The notes under the pieces were generated by a model. The model saw only the letters and a program-made list of their open reading frames with translations. It did no database searches and was not told the origin of the DNA. The translations under genes and the position numbers were made by a program. DNA of 64,000 bases, taken from positions 39,216,873-39,280,872 of the forward strand of contig NC_068998.1 of NCBI RefSeq assembly GCF_001194135.2. Direction: 5' to 3'. This stretch comes from Octopus bimaculoides. Its lineage: Eukaryota. This document shows, piece by piece, positions 26,815 through 40,519 of this stretch (positions are counted from its first letter, which is position 1; each line of letters begins with the position of its first letter).

Positions 26815-27409
26815 TTACACAGCAGCAAAACATGGGCTGTGACTGCAGATGACAAGTGAAGGCTTGAAAGAAAGGAAGCTAGTATGCTTTACTGGATGTG
26901 CAATGTCAGTGTGCATGTATAGTAGAGTGTAAGCATGTTGAGAGAAAAATTGGGCATAAGAGGCATCAGATGTGGTGTGCAAGAGAGAAGGCTGTGCTGG
27001 TATGGTCATAAGATGTGTATGAATGAGGACAGCTGCATAAGGAAATGCCAATCATTAACTGTGGACAGAACCTGTGGAAGAGATAGACCCAGGAAGACAT
27101 GGGGACGAGGTGGTGAAGCATGATCTTTAGATGTTAAGTCGCATGGAGACGATGACAAATGATCGAGACCTTTGGTAGTTTGCTTTTTCTTGTCAGGCCA
27201 AGTGAAAGCATAGTCATGGACAGTGCTGGTGATACGTAAAAGGCACCCACTACACTGTTGGAGTGGTTAGTGACAGGAAGGGCATCCAGCCATAGAAGCC
27301 AAACCAAAATCAGACTGGAGCTTGGTACAGCTCCCTGGCTTACTAGTTCCAATCAAACTGTTTTATCCATGCTAGCATGGTAAACAAAAAACTAAATGAT
27401 GATGATGAT
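26815..27409 (+). mobile_element. RTE-clade LINE 3' fragment (RT C-terminus + 3'UTR + (GAT)n tail)
   Basis: ORF 26935..27123 RRLCWYGHKMCM...GRDRPRKTW resembles RTE RRLRWFGHVxRM...GRPRKTW; followed by a dispersed 3'UTR-like repeat ending TAAATGATGATGATGAT. Confidence 0.8.
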
Positions 27410-29174
27410 TGTGTGCATGCATATGTGTAAATCTGTATTTGTCACCCACCACCACCTGACAACCAGTGTTGATGTGTTTATGTCCCTTAGCAGTATGGCA
27501 AAAGAGACTGATAGAATAGGTACCGCACATAAAAAAGTTAGGGGGGGGGGGAGTACTGGGGTTGATTAGTTCAACTAAAATTCTTCAAAGCAGTGCCCCA
27601 GCATGGTCACAATTTAATGACTGAAACAAGTAAAAGATAAAAGATACCCAGGAATAACTACCTAGGAATGATCTGAGATCAAACAAATCAAAATAGAGTG
27701 GATATATTAAAGTTTAAAATGTTTCNNNNNNNNNNAAAAAAAAAAAAAAAAAAACGAATTGACTTTCATGTGTTCAATCCCAGGTTCAAAACTCAAACAC
27801 AGTTTATAGAAATGTGCAAGAGTAGGATTACCTGAAGACACTTTGTTTATTAGACTGAATGAAATGTAGTATTAACCTTTTAGCATTCAGATTACTCTGT
27901 CAACAGGAATGCTTTTTTATTCACATTGTTTTGAATTAATCATGTAGCTTTCAGATTTCAATGATGTGATACATAAAAGAGGTAGAGACTATTTGGAGCG
28001 ATATGGCCAGGTTTAAATGCTAAAGGGTTAAACATACAGAAATGAAATATGTTACAGTCCACTAAACAAGCAACTCAATACGGAAACTAGGATAGGATAT
28101 AATGGAAAGTTATGAAAAGTAAAGACAGATTGAGATTGAGAGAGAGAGAGTTGAGGAAAAAGAGAGTGAGAATTAAGTAAAGACGAAACAATGTTAAACC
28201 GATAAGCAGCAAAGTGTTGATTAAGACAATGACATTTTATCTAATATATGACAGAAATAAAGCTGAGTAAACTTTGTCAATTTATTTTTTTTCATGGTCA
28301 CAGATGTGTAGCGAACAACCACTTACAAACAAAATAATAGTTTATATTTAGTTTGGGCCTACATAACAACCAAGAAAAATAGCAAAATGGACAACTATCA
28401 GTGTAGGTTTGACAAAACAAATCAGTTGAAAAAAAAAAAAACCAATAGGTTACAATTAGCATATTTAATGTAGTGAGCATTAAATATTTAATTAGAACTA
28501 AATGATGATCAGCATTTTACAATTGCTTCCCATACTGATGTGGTTTGGATGGATTTTCACAGTCCAAGTCAGTTCTTATTTGGCGTTACTGCTCTCTTTG
28601 AGGTTTCATTTATGACACTAGATTAAGATGTCATAAATAAATCTGTCGGATATCTGTAAGCAGTATTGCTATTGTTTACTAATTGCAATGTAAAATCATC
28701 GTCATCATCATTTAATATCCACTTTCCATGCTGGCATGGGTTGGACGGTTTGACCAGAGCTGGCAAACTGGAGAGCTGCACTATGTTCCAGACTGATTCG
28801 GCTTGGTTTCTATGGCTGGATGGTACCATCACTTGTGCCAGTGGCATGAAAGAAAGCACTCAGTACATGCTGTAAATTGGTTAGAATTAGGAAGTGCATC
28901 CAGTCACGGAAACCATACCAAAGCAGACACTGGAATGTGATACAGTCCTGAGATACACTAGATCTTATCAAACTGTCAAACCCATGCCAGCATGGAACAG
29001 AGACATTAAATTATGATGATAATAAACTGCTTCGCTCAACCTGATCTTTAAAAAGAAGTCAAGAGCAGATAGATAAGATAAGGTAGAAAAAGCAGATAAA
29101 ACCATCAGTTTTCAATGCAAAAGGTCATGAAGAACTAAGCTTTAATAGGAAATACTGATAAGAGAACACAAAAG

Positions 29175-29720
29175 CTTCATTCATTTTATGCAAAATCTAA
29201 CCCACCTCCACCTCTCTCTAGCATAATTTCTGGTTCTTGGCGAATCATGTTCTGAAAGTATTGTTGCTAGAATAAGAACAGGATGGAGGAAGTTCAGAGA
29301 GCTATCACCTCTGTTGGCAACAAAAAGACTCTCACGCAGAGTGAAAGGCAGATTGTATGATGCTTGTGTATGAATGGCTACGCTCCATGGTAGTGAGACA
29401 TAGGCCCTGAATATGAAGCTAGTATGCTCTGATGGATATGCAACAGCAGTGTGCATGTACAACAAAGGTGCAAATTTGTTGAACATAAGAGGAATCAAAT
29501 AAAGCATGCAAGAGAGAAGACTACATTGGTTTAGATATGTGATGCATATAAAGATGGCTGTATAAAGAAGTGCTGACCACTTAAAAAGGATGTGAAAGTG
29601 CGAGACCCAGGAAGACATGGGATGTAGTGAGACTGATCTCAGGATGTTGGGCCTCATGGAGAAGATGACAATGGATCAAGATGTCTGGCAATGTGAGATT
29701 CTTGAGAAGATCTACCCATA
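29175..29720 (+). mobile_element. Second RTE-clade LINE RT C-terminal fragment
   Basis: Decayed frames WRKFRELSPLLATKRLSRRVKGRLYDACV and RRLHWFRYVM, similar to the 26.9-kb copy. Confidence 0.75.
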
Positions 29721-31559
29721 TGTAACAAGAAAATTTTTCCACACACCTTACCCCAATCAACCAAACTACATCTCTTCTCATTTCCTCTTTTTCATGCACT
29801 ATACTTATCTCTCCCTCCCCACTGTATCATTGCTATTTTGTTGCCCCCCCCCCACCTCTTCTATATATCCAGGTTTTACCAGTCACTGCATTCCCCACTC
29901 CCTCTTTGCATTCATGTAAACTCCCTGCTCCCTACTCATGCACCTAGAGTAACGTAGAAAGCTCCCAGGTCGCTCTGTAAAGTGGCTGGCATTTGGAAGG
30001 GCATCCAGCCATAAAACCCATCCCAAAACAGACAGTAAAGCCTGGTGTAGTCCTCTGGCTTGCTAGCTCCTGTCAAACCATCTGACACATGCCAGCACAG
30101 AAAATGGACGTTAAATGATAATGTATTTAGAGATAAGTCTATGGGTGATTTTGTCCCTCTTGCATCATTTATTGTTTTACACTTACATCTGTTTTTTTAT
30201 TAGCACCATCTTGGAGGGGAGGAATAAGATGTAGACAGTCAAAATAGGGTTCTAAAAGAAGGTAAGTCATGTTGGAGAAGGTTTCTAATCGCTTGTGATT
30301 TTTCATCTCAAGGGTTACAACCCCAAAAGTAACAGACATTTAGCAGATGATCAGTGTTTTCTTAACATTTATTTGACCACCTCGTTATATTTTCAGTTCA
30401 AAAGTGACACAGTATACAGAAATTTAGCTATACCATCACAGGTGGAGCAATCTAATGAACCAGCTGTTTTAATGCATAACTGACCTTGTTTACTCTGTAA
30501 TCAATAGTATTTGACCAGTGTCACGCATACAAGAATTAAGTTTGATATAGCAATCACAGATGTAGAAGTTTACAAGAAACAGTACTCTCATTATTATACA
30601 GTCACCATGTCAGACGAAATAAGATTATAGGTGGTTGTGTCTCATATCACTTATATAAGAGCTATAATGAAATGGTTTATGCTAGTAAATCTTTTGACAA
30701 TGTTTTGTACAAAAATATCTTAGGTAAACTCCATCTCACCCAAGTCCAACACATGTTCGTCTCATTTAACTCTTTTGATACCAACCTTCCTGAGACCTTG
30801 TCTAATTTTACAATGTAAACTGCATGATTTAAACTCATCAAAATCAGTGGTTCTTAGTTGGGGGTCCATATAAGATTTTGTTGTTAGAATTTATGTACAA
30901 TAAATTGATTATACTTATACAATACAATACAATAAAAGCACAGGCACGGCTGCATGGTAAGAAGCTTGCTTCCCAACCACATAGTCCTAGGTTCAGTCCC
31001 ACTGCATGGCACTTTGGGCAAGTGTCTTTTACTATAGCCTCGAGGGGATAGTTGATTACATGAATCCCAGTATTCAGCTGGTACTTATTTTATTGATCCC
31101 GAAAGGATGAAGGGCAAAGTCAACCTTGGTGGAATTTGAACTCAGAACATAAAGCCATGAAATACCACTAAGCATTTCACCCAGCATACTAATGATTCTG
31201 CCAGCTTGCCACCACTAATAGTAATAATAATCATAACAAAGCTCTATATTCTTAACAGCCAGTTTTCACAAAGAACTCCAATTGTAGAATTCTGCCGTTA
31301 CATCTAAAGTGATATTCATTATTAATCACAAAAAGAATTCCTACCATATCCAAAAGAAAGCCTTTTACCAACAGTTATGTCCATAAACATACTGTCTCCT
31401 CACTTTGCCTTTTCCAAAGCTATTACAAGAGTCTCTGCTCATCAGAGCTAGCTACTAGCATGCCATCTCTACTTAGGCCTCACTTTTCATCCCCAAAACA
31501 TTGACTGTTTGAATTCCCTCTACATATGCACCAAGTTACAGCTGTTTAAATTGAATATC

Positions 31560-32480
31560 TATTTCAAGGGCCTGCAAAGAACAATGACAGTCCTTTCCTC
31601 CCATTGCAACTAGAACCACTTCTATTAAATGCACCAGCTGCTCTGTAACACTAAAAACACTTCACTACTTAATATTATCATATTCACCAACCATTTTAAC
31701 ACCTTTTCTTTCCTTCTTTAATTTTTACTTTCCAGTTCTGAAAAAAGCAGCAGTGCTTAAAGCCCTTCAAGACTAGTAAGACTGATGCTGCTAATGCTTC
31801 TGCAGGAAGAGAGTTCTAGAGTGCTGATGTTCTGGGGAAAAAAAGGAATGGGTATTGTGGTCAGACATATTGGTGACAAGATGAAGAGAGACAAGTAAAT
31901 CAAGAGTGTTTGAGAGAAGGTGGTAGCTAGCCAACAAGAATTGCATATGTTTGCAGTCTTTTGAACCACAAGCATCTTATCTGTGATACAGAACATTTTT
32001 CACTACAGACCAAACTACCTCTTTTAAAGTCTGTCAGTCTGCCTTTGTTGTGAGTACCTCCAGTAACATCTCATTACATCTTCATATTACAAACACAATC
32101 ATCTCTCCTTTCTGCTTGTTGGATATGTATCAAATTTTGAAACATCATCTCTTCATCCACAACATGGCACTCACCCAAGAGCTTCCACCAAACAATATGA
32201 AGGTAATTCTTTTTTGCTAGAACTTTCTCTCTAGTCATTTATTCCAATCAAATACCTATCATCTTCAAAATCAATAACAACCACCTCTCAGACTGTAGGA
32301 GATCATTTATCATTCAGTTCAAAGTGTTGGCTTGTTGGGAAACACTGTGAGAGAGATAGGAGGGTGGTCTTCTAGAGCAATGTTAGCTCAAAAGAAGCGT
32401 TAAATGCAGATTTAGGGTCCCAAATTCTATAAAAATCAACTGTGATTAGTTCCTGATCATTGTTGATTTAGTTCAGTGGA
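31560..32480 (-). mobile_element. Decayed non-LTR retrotransposon APE endonuclease region
   Basis: Minus-strand remnants FGTLN (~32420) and SDH (~31865) in the order expected for an APE domain; many stops. Confidence 0.45.
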
Positions 32481-35011
32481 ACCACAATCATCTGTCACAA
32501 ACCAAAAGCTGATCCACCAAGAATTTATAAGACCACAAATCTGTTGCTGCCCTTCAGACAACAATACATATTCTCTCTCTCTTTTTTATTGTATCCATAT
32601 TCAGTTCAGAAAATGTACCAAAATTAATTTGATATCTCAAACACTTCAGTGTCATTGCCAGATGTAGTCACGATTTATATATTTGGCACTGATAAACAAG
32701 TAAACATCATCGGCTATGTTGATGATCTGGTGACAAGCATTTGTCAGTGTTAGAAATTTTGGGAACTACTTTTGTTTATCTTTCCAAACAAAAGGGTTAT
32801 TTTATGAAGCCAGCTATGTCACAAGAGCAGAAAATACAAGGGAAGATGGAATAAAAGGATAGAGGCAGTTGGGAGCAGAATAACAACGATGTAAGGAAGC
32901 AGTGGAGGTAGAAGGGTAAAGAGCTGGAAGAAGCTATTGTAAACCTAATAGGTCAGTAGTTTTACAGCTTTTGTTCAAATTATACACATTGTCTCTTAAT
33001 TTCCTGTATGACTTAGTCCTCTCTGTAAGGTGGCTGGTGTTAGGAAGGACATCCAGCCAAAACAGGTGCAGTCTTCTACCTAGCCAGCCTGTCAAACCAA
33101 CCCATGCCAGCATGGAAAACGGATGTTAAATGATGATAGTACCACATAAGACTGCATTAGTCATCCAGTCCTGAAGCATGCAACATGACATAAATTGTAC
33201 TAACCTTGTTGACATTCATTTAGAAGGAAGTGAGGAAGTCCTTACTTCTTAAGTGAAGTAGGTTGGTTATTTGACTTTCCATGGCTGATAAGTTTGTCAA
33301 AAGATGATCATCTCTAACTTCTGGATAATATCAAAAATCAAACTTTTCTTCTGGTCACAAGCATGACATATTGAACTTAGCACTGCAACCTAATATAAGT
33401 GCAACTCAAAGAGGGAGCCTCTATGCAGTTGCTTGACCTGCTAGAAATAGCAGCCAACCAAATCTCTCTAAAATCACAATCCACTGTTGTAGAAAAGGAC
33501 ACGTGGGAAATACAGTCTGAGATACATTATGGCTGAATAAAGATGTGATGATCATGACCGGAATGCTCAATCATAGGTCTACTCCTCATTCTGACCTTGG
33601 ATAAACAATTTGTGCCGGTGACAGCATTTGAGCCAGTGAGATCTTGGCTGACTTTCCTGTATCACAATGATTCAGCTATACGAAGTTCTTGTATATAACA
33701 AAGTATGAAACATGTTTGGAAAGGTTGAAATCTTTTTGTTGCGACAGTCATACATAAAAGCAGCAAGCTGGCAGAATTGTTGCTCTGATGGGCAAAATGC
33801 TCATTGGCATTTTGTCCATTTTTACATTGAGTCCAACTTGACCTTTCGTCTTTTTAGGGTCAATAAAATAAGTACTAGTTGACCACTGCGGCTGATTTAA
33901 TCAATTTACCAGGTGCCTCGAAATTGCTGGCCTTGTGCCAACATTTAAAACCAATATCTTGGAGTAGAATGTCCTATTATACATCAATTTCATAAACTTC
34001 AGGTTTTTTGACACTGTACCCCAGAAAGACATTCTTTTACTTGTTTCAGCCATCTGACTGTGGCTATGCTGGAGCATAGCAAATGGAACCGAGTAAAATT
34101 ATGATTATTGATAAACCAGTGTAGTATCGAAACAACTGCCATAGGAGGATACTTAAGAAAAGAATGACTATCAGAGTTCGTAAGAGAGACCACCTGTTAA
34201 TACGAAGCGAGCGGCATTTGATAGTGATCGGCAGAATAAACAAAGATCAAACAAGTCAGTTTTAATGATAAGAATTATTATTAGTAAAAAGCTTTCTACA
34301 AAAAGTTTAAAGTTTATGACTTTCATTCATTTATTTTTGTCAATGTTATCATTAGCTAAAACATTATAAGGTATTAAAAACTGTAATTTCATCTCAGCCA
34401 CCAAATTGAAGGTAAAATAATGTTTTTGTTCAGGCAAAAAAATAATTAAAAAAGCAGAAGTAACACACGGAAGACAAAATATAACCTAAATATGCATACA
34501 CTACATTCCGACAAAGACGAATAATTCTTTAATAATTTTAATGTCGGCAATAAGACATGTCAGAGAATATGAAGTGATCCACAAAACAGCACCATATGCA
34601 TTTGGTTCCAGGTCAATCCAAACGTCCAGTACTATCTAGTCATTATTTTAGGACTATATCATCCTTTTTTTTTACGATGGTAGGGCGTGGATATTTGGCT
34701 GCTATTTCTACCAGGTCGATCAGCCACGTGTACTGTACAATTGTGTAATATACATTTCTATGTACAGAGCATCGAACATTGCCAATCAAAAAGTAAACAG
34801 TTTATAATTACGCTTCAAAAGCAGTTTATATAATTTAAGAACAGTATTTTCCTCTTGGATCAAAGTTACGATGTTAAGTGGGAGAAATATTGTAGCATAT
34901 ATCAAATGAAAATTTTTAAAAATCGAAGAAACGAACGTTAGCTGAGGAAGTCTTAATTAAATTGCAAAATGAACAATGAATGAAGACACAAGATAACAGC
35001 ACACATTTCGT

Positions 35012-35099
35012 GGCAAAAGTAAAGAATACGTACACCCGGTGTCTAGGGTCAGGATTGTTACGCCGAAAACGGGTGGTGTACGTATTCTTTACCTCCGCC
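35012..35099. mobile_element. 88-bp MITE with 8-bp TSD (Merlin- or hAT-like)
   Basis: Termini GGC-N4-GTAAAGAATACGTACACC inverted at both ends; direct repeat CATTTCGT at 35004-35011 and 35100-35107. Confidence 0.75.
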
Positions 35100-36982
35100 C
35101 ATTTCGTTCTTTAACAAAGGCTAGTAAGTTGCCTTCAACAAAGGAAACAGTTTTATGAAAACGGTATGAAACGAGGAGGGCGATGGAAAATGGAGAAAAT
35201 AGAGTTAAAGCCAAACATAATGAGGTGGAGGAGGGGAATTAAATTGGTTACGCATTTTAGAGACCCCCCCCCCCCCCTGGTATTAATGACTCCATCTAAA
35301 ACTACCAATCATAAACTGATAGCATAACGACTTGTCTCAGACAGGCAATATAAAAGACTGGCTGTCCAACGTGGTCGCTAACAAGTAGCCAAATCTCCCT
35401 CTAATCACACCTACTTATTGTTTTAATTGAAGAATAAACATATTGTCTCTTATACACACAAAAAAGCAAAAAGAAAAAGGACTGTTCGATCACGATTGTC
35501 CAGGGGCTAAAAAAAAGAAAAGAACAAACAAAACTAACAGAATTGAGATTTCTGACTGAACAGGAGACACCGACAATTGTTTCACCATCAGCTTATATTT
35601 TGATGTTCTAGTCTACTGGATTCACACGAAACGAACTTCCTTCTTATCAAATCGCAAAAGAAAATATAAACAATCCGGCTTAAACTACTAAAGCGGATAA
35701 AATTACTCACACACACACACACACGTTGGTGTATGCGTTGAAGATGAACTTTACAGTTTTATAAACGTAAAACACAAACAACAAAATGTTTCAAAAACAA
35801 TAGGTACTTTTTTTTATTTAGATATTCTTTTAATAGCTTAATCATCAAAACAAGAAATATATCTTCCTCGTTATATTTTCAGAGTTCACACACAGATAAG
35901 TAACTCTCAAAATATCACAAGGACACGATTTCTATTGTTGTGATTAAGCTATCAAAGAAATGTCTGATACACACACATGGGTCTGTCGATCTTCTAGAAA
36001 TAAATCACATTTCATTCAAATCACATCGTAATTACCTTTAAAAATGAAGGCTACATTATATAATTCAGTTCTGGTAAGCAACACGGTTTGGCAATACGAC
36101 GTGACGGTCATAGCTGGAAGTATTTATCGAAGAGTGTGTGTGTGGGTACAATTTTTCTTTTTTACCTTGAATTATAATTCCGTAATTTCACCTTTACGAC
36201 ATTATGTCACAGCATGAAATAAAATTCAAAAATTTACGACCCCACCCGCAACAAAAACAGTTATTGCAGTCAGATAAATGGAGGTGGAAATATACAAAGA
36301 CCAGCTTCTGGATGATACGAAATAAAAAGGTTGAATGGCGCTAAAATTTAAGCATAAAGAGATCTAACATTATAATTAAAATATTCGTAGTTGTATATAC
36401 CATCTTAGTTAATCTAAAGATACAAGCTTAATCTTTCGACCCCCATCAAGCTTAGAACCAATAAATACTTCAACACATGCGTGAATTTTGAAGAATTCTA
36501 AAGTTTTTGTTTTACACATGTAAATAAAAAGAGGGGCAGATTAAATGCTGAAACTAGGGAAATCATTTTCACGGGTTCGTCATTCTAAACCCGCTTGATC
36601 GGGTTTTCACCCATTGGAAGACCGTTCATATTTTATATATATATATATATGTATATCACATCGCTTCGATTCGATTCGATTCAACTGGTTATTTCGGGAA
36701 CCTTGCAAGAAATCGACTTAGTTATCGACTCCAAAAGGAATTATTTTGAAATTAATTTTAAACAAAGAAAAATAGTACGGCGCAGAGTTAAATGTTTTAA
36801 CATTTACAATTTCGATCCTCGTGGTTCTGAGTTCAAATCCAATTCGAGACAGTTAATATTATCATCGATTCTCTACAGATTAAAAATAAAAAAAACTGGC
36901 CTTGAGATTTTACAATAGAATTCGCTACTTCCCGTATAATTACAAAGATAGAAGGTTAAAAAAAGAAAAAAGAGAATCTTAC

Positions 36983-37104
36983 TTATCGCGTAAAAACGTC
37001 TGCAGTTCTTTGATATTGTTAGTATTTTTCAAAACTTTTAGTTGCGGTCCGTATTCTTCATCTTTTACAATACAGGGGGCAGTTTGAATAAGGTCTGGCT
37101 CCAT
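36983..37104 (-). CDS. UPRT: UPRT homolog, coding exon 1 (MEPDLIQTAPCIVKDEEYGPQLKVLKNTNNIKELQTFLRD-K)
   Basis: ATG in strong context (actATGG) with an in-frame stop further upstream; peptide resembles the metazoan UPRT segment QLKLLPMNDQIRELQTIIRDK; GTAAGA donor, 122 nt, phase 2. Confidence 0.9.
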
Positions 37105-40100
37105 AGTAGCACCCTTGCCATAAAGACGCTGACGCTGTCTTGACAAATTTCCCGTCGACGGGAAAGGGAAGACAGTGACGGAGATTGTACTCTAGTGGCA
37201 AGACGGGGGTGCGCGCGATATGTGAATAGACTACTGCTGCTGGTGCTTATGATGATGATACCTATCACTCTCTTACTCCCTCTTACACTGTTTCATTCAT
37301 ACATTCTCTCAGCGTCGCCCCCGCCATCTCACTCCACTTAGTCTCGTCTACGTACTCAGTTACTTTCCATGTAATTTAAATAGCCACGTATCCTAAACAA
37401 CCGGTTTTGCGTACAACGAATTATTCTGTACGTGCACGAAAGTGAATATAGCACATGTATTTTAAATGGTTATCACGAGTTTTCCTCAATTTAATTGTTA
37501 TATAACATCTGTAACAAAAAATACATTATATACATAAATATACGATATATACGCACGTACAAAAGTCAAATAAAAACACTCTTTTCCATAAACCCATCCT
37601 TAATTACTTTTAAAAAAGCAAAACAAAAAAAAACGAAAGCTGGAAGAACCCTGGATATTCACAAATTCTCGATATATCATCTTCACTTTTAATCGATCAT
37701 TTAAAACATTGTTATTTCACACACAATAAAAAAGTTTCCGAGTAGAGAGAAACGGCTGTTGTGAGGTTCTGTTAATTATTAAATACACACTGGTGACACC
37801 GGCTATCCTTTCAAACCTTGTGAGACTGGTTAATTTAAACCATTACCGTTCCTCGTGTAAAGTGGTTGTATATTGTTGTTAAATAACTTCCACGAGTATC
37901 AATCCTAATCGACCAGATTTACGACCAAAGGTATTCCAGCCAAAGCCATTCTATCTAATTTTAATACGAAGTATATCTAGGACATCATCCACTGTGTCTA
38001 TTTTAATATTTTTTTTAATGATGAAATGTGACTTGTTTGCTTTACACAGCAATATGTGAATGGTCAAATAATAGTGTCGTAGTCGCATTTCTAACACTGA
38101 GAGCGATACCCTTTTATTTCTCGGTGACTTTTATATCTTATGCCGATATATATGAGTGCTCAAAAACGAATTCTATTTTAAAGTTATAAAAAGAAAAAAT
38201 TTAGTGGAGATTTTCAGCAACAAAGAAGAAGGGAGATAATTCTTTAAGACATTAAAAAACAATTTCTCCAGTTAATTTCCTTTCAGAGAGAATTCTGTAC
38301 GTTTTTTTAATTTAATTTTTTATTTGCAAGCCAGTGACAACTATAGACATGTTTTGGTAGTGTAAGCTTACAGATCTGTAGATAGATTTTTACTTAAAGA
38401 AGTTGTTACAAATTGAGAATAAATAGTTGAAGATAAAGAAACCTCCCCCTTTCCTTCCAAGAAGAATATGCGAATATCATCCAGGAAACTCTGCATAATA
38501 CATTCCATTGAGGAAATGGAAAGTGTTAACAAGCATATGTGGTGGAAAACCTTATTTTATGAAAATTACTGGGGGCATCCAACTGTAAATTGTCAAAGGT
38601 TATTAAGTGTAATCTTGCTATTATATATTAACTGCATTTGAAGTACTACATGATTAGGTAAATGGAACTGGAGTACTGCTGTTTTCAAAGGATTTCATGG
38701 TACTGGAAACAAAACAGTGGGTAGATTTAAAACCTGAAAGTTCACCCACCTCAAATCAAAGATCTGGAACATTTCAAAACTAACCTATTAAAAAATATCA
38801 TCTCCTACAATTCCTTTCAAAACACTTTGGATAATGTTAGAAAATCCTTGAAGTAATCCCTGTGTTAATACATTTACAGAAAAAAAGCCAAGGTCCTGAC
38901 AATATCACACAAAAAAAAACACCCTGAAAAACCCAGTCTTTCTGTATACAGTCCAATAAACACAAGATGAATTAATCTTCATGCATCTCACCACACTTTT
39001 GCACTAGTTTTAGGGACTACATGCACACACTATTCCCCAAATACCAAATGTAGATTAATTCACCCCTCCAACTGCAAACTACCAATGGTTATCAAGTGTA
39101 ATCTTGCTATTATCTATTAACTCCATTAGTACTTCATGATTAGGTCAATGGAACTGAAGCACTGCTGTTATCAAAGGATTTCATAGCATTGAAAACAAGG
39201 CAGTGTGTTGGTTTACCTAGTTAAACAATCTATATCCACCCTATAACTTGGATGTTATTCTGAACATGGCCAGGAATTTCCTAACCATAGTAAGATGACA
39301 CTTCTTAACACATGAATATTATAAGTTTTTTCAGTGCAAACAATGTTTAAGTTTAGGGATTCTTGTTTTGACAATATCACTTCCCAGATCCTTTTACAAT
39401 CATAAACATATATCCATACATCCAACAACCAACTTGTAACAGTTGAAATTCATCTAATTATTCACTCAATATTTCCAGAGGAACTGTATACTGAATGTCC
39501 ATAACTCTCATCATCGTTTTAGTGTCCACTTTTCCCTACTTGCATGGGTCACTGTATGGTGAAGAAAATAATTATATGGAGCTTGCCGAGAACACTTAGT
39601 CATTACCATCAGCACATTTATTCTTCCATTATTTAGATCAACATACTTAGGAATTCTGTTTCTCTGTCCCAATAAATTTACAAATGCTGAGATCAAAGAC
39701 TTAAATGTTCTTCCAAAGCATAGAACATTGTTGATAGAGTTAATTTTCATCTCAATGGTTCTCAAAATAGTGGCTTTAACTACATGCAAAGTTCCAGATA
39801 TTGAAGTAAAATCATTTTGACGTTTATTTTTCCATATTGGATTGAATAATTTGTTGGGCCAGATTTTCTACTGCCAGATGCCCTTCCTGTTTCAAAGTAA
39901 GGTAATAATTCCCCATGACCAGACATGCCTTGGACAATGGAAAGCGAAAGACACCACTTGCATGACTGACTCTCACAAATACTAAAAAATGTCAAGACAA
40001 GTAAACAATAACACAATTTCTTTTATTGGCGACGCAGGGCCCAACACGGGGGACATTACAAGGATAGATAAGCGAACATACACAGTGTGATTACAATGAA

Positions 40101-40519
40101 AATGACAAGGTAGACAATAACATGCACACATTCATATATGACAGGCTTCTTTCCATTTTCATCCACCAAAATCCATTCACAAGACTTTGGTTGGCATGGA
40201 ACTATAGTAAAAGACACTTACCCAAGGTGCCACACTGTGGGACTGAATCCAAAACCGTGTGGTAGGGAAGCAAACTTGCCGTGTAACCATATGATGTCAC
40301 AAGATAATTTTGTGAAGAGAAAAACTGATTTAAAGGAACCCCAGTACATGACTGGTATTTGTCCTGTCACACCCGACAGGCAGGATTTGAACTTATAACT
40401 ATCTTGTTTGCCCTTCTACTATTCACCAAGGTAATTAATTACATGAAAATAATGTGAAACAACTGACTAAAAAACTGAAGTTGTAGTTTATTTATTCTAA
40501 GAAAGGTATTGGATTGCCA

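Noticed and set aside
34160-34240. Possible C/D snoRNA (short terminal stem ACTATCA/TGATAGT)
   Set aside because: No canonical box C (RUGAUGA) and box D (CUGA) pair at the expected positions.
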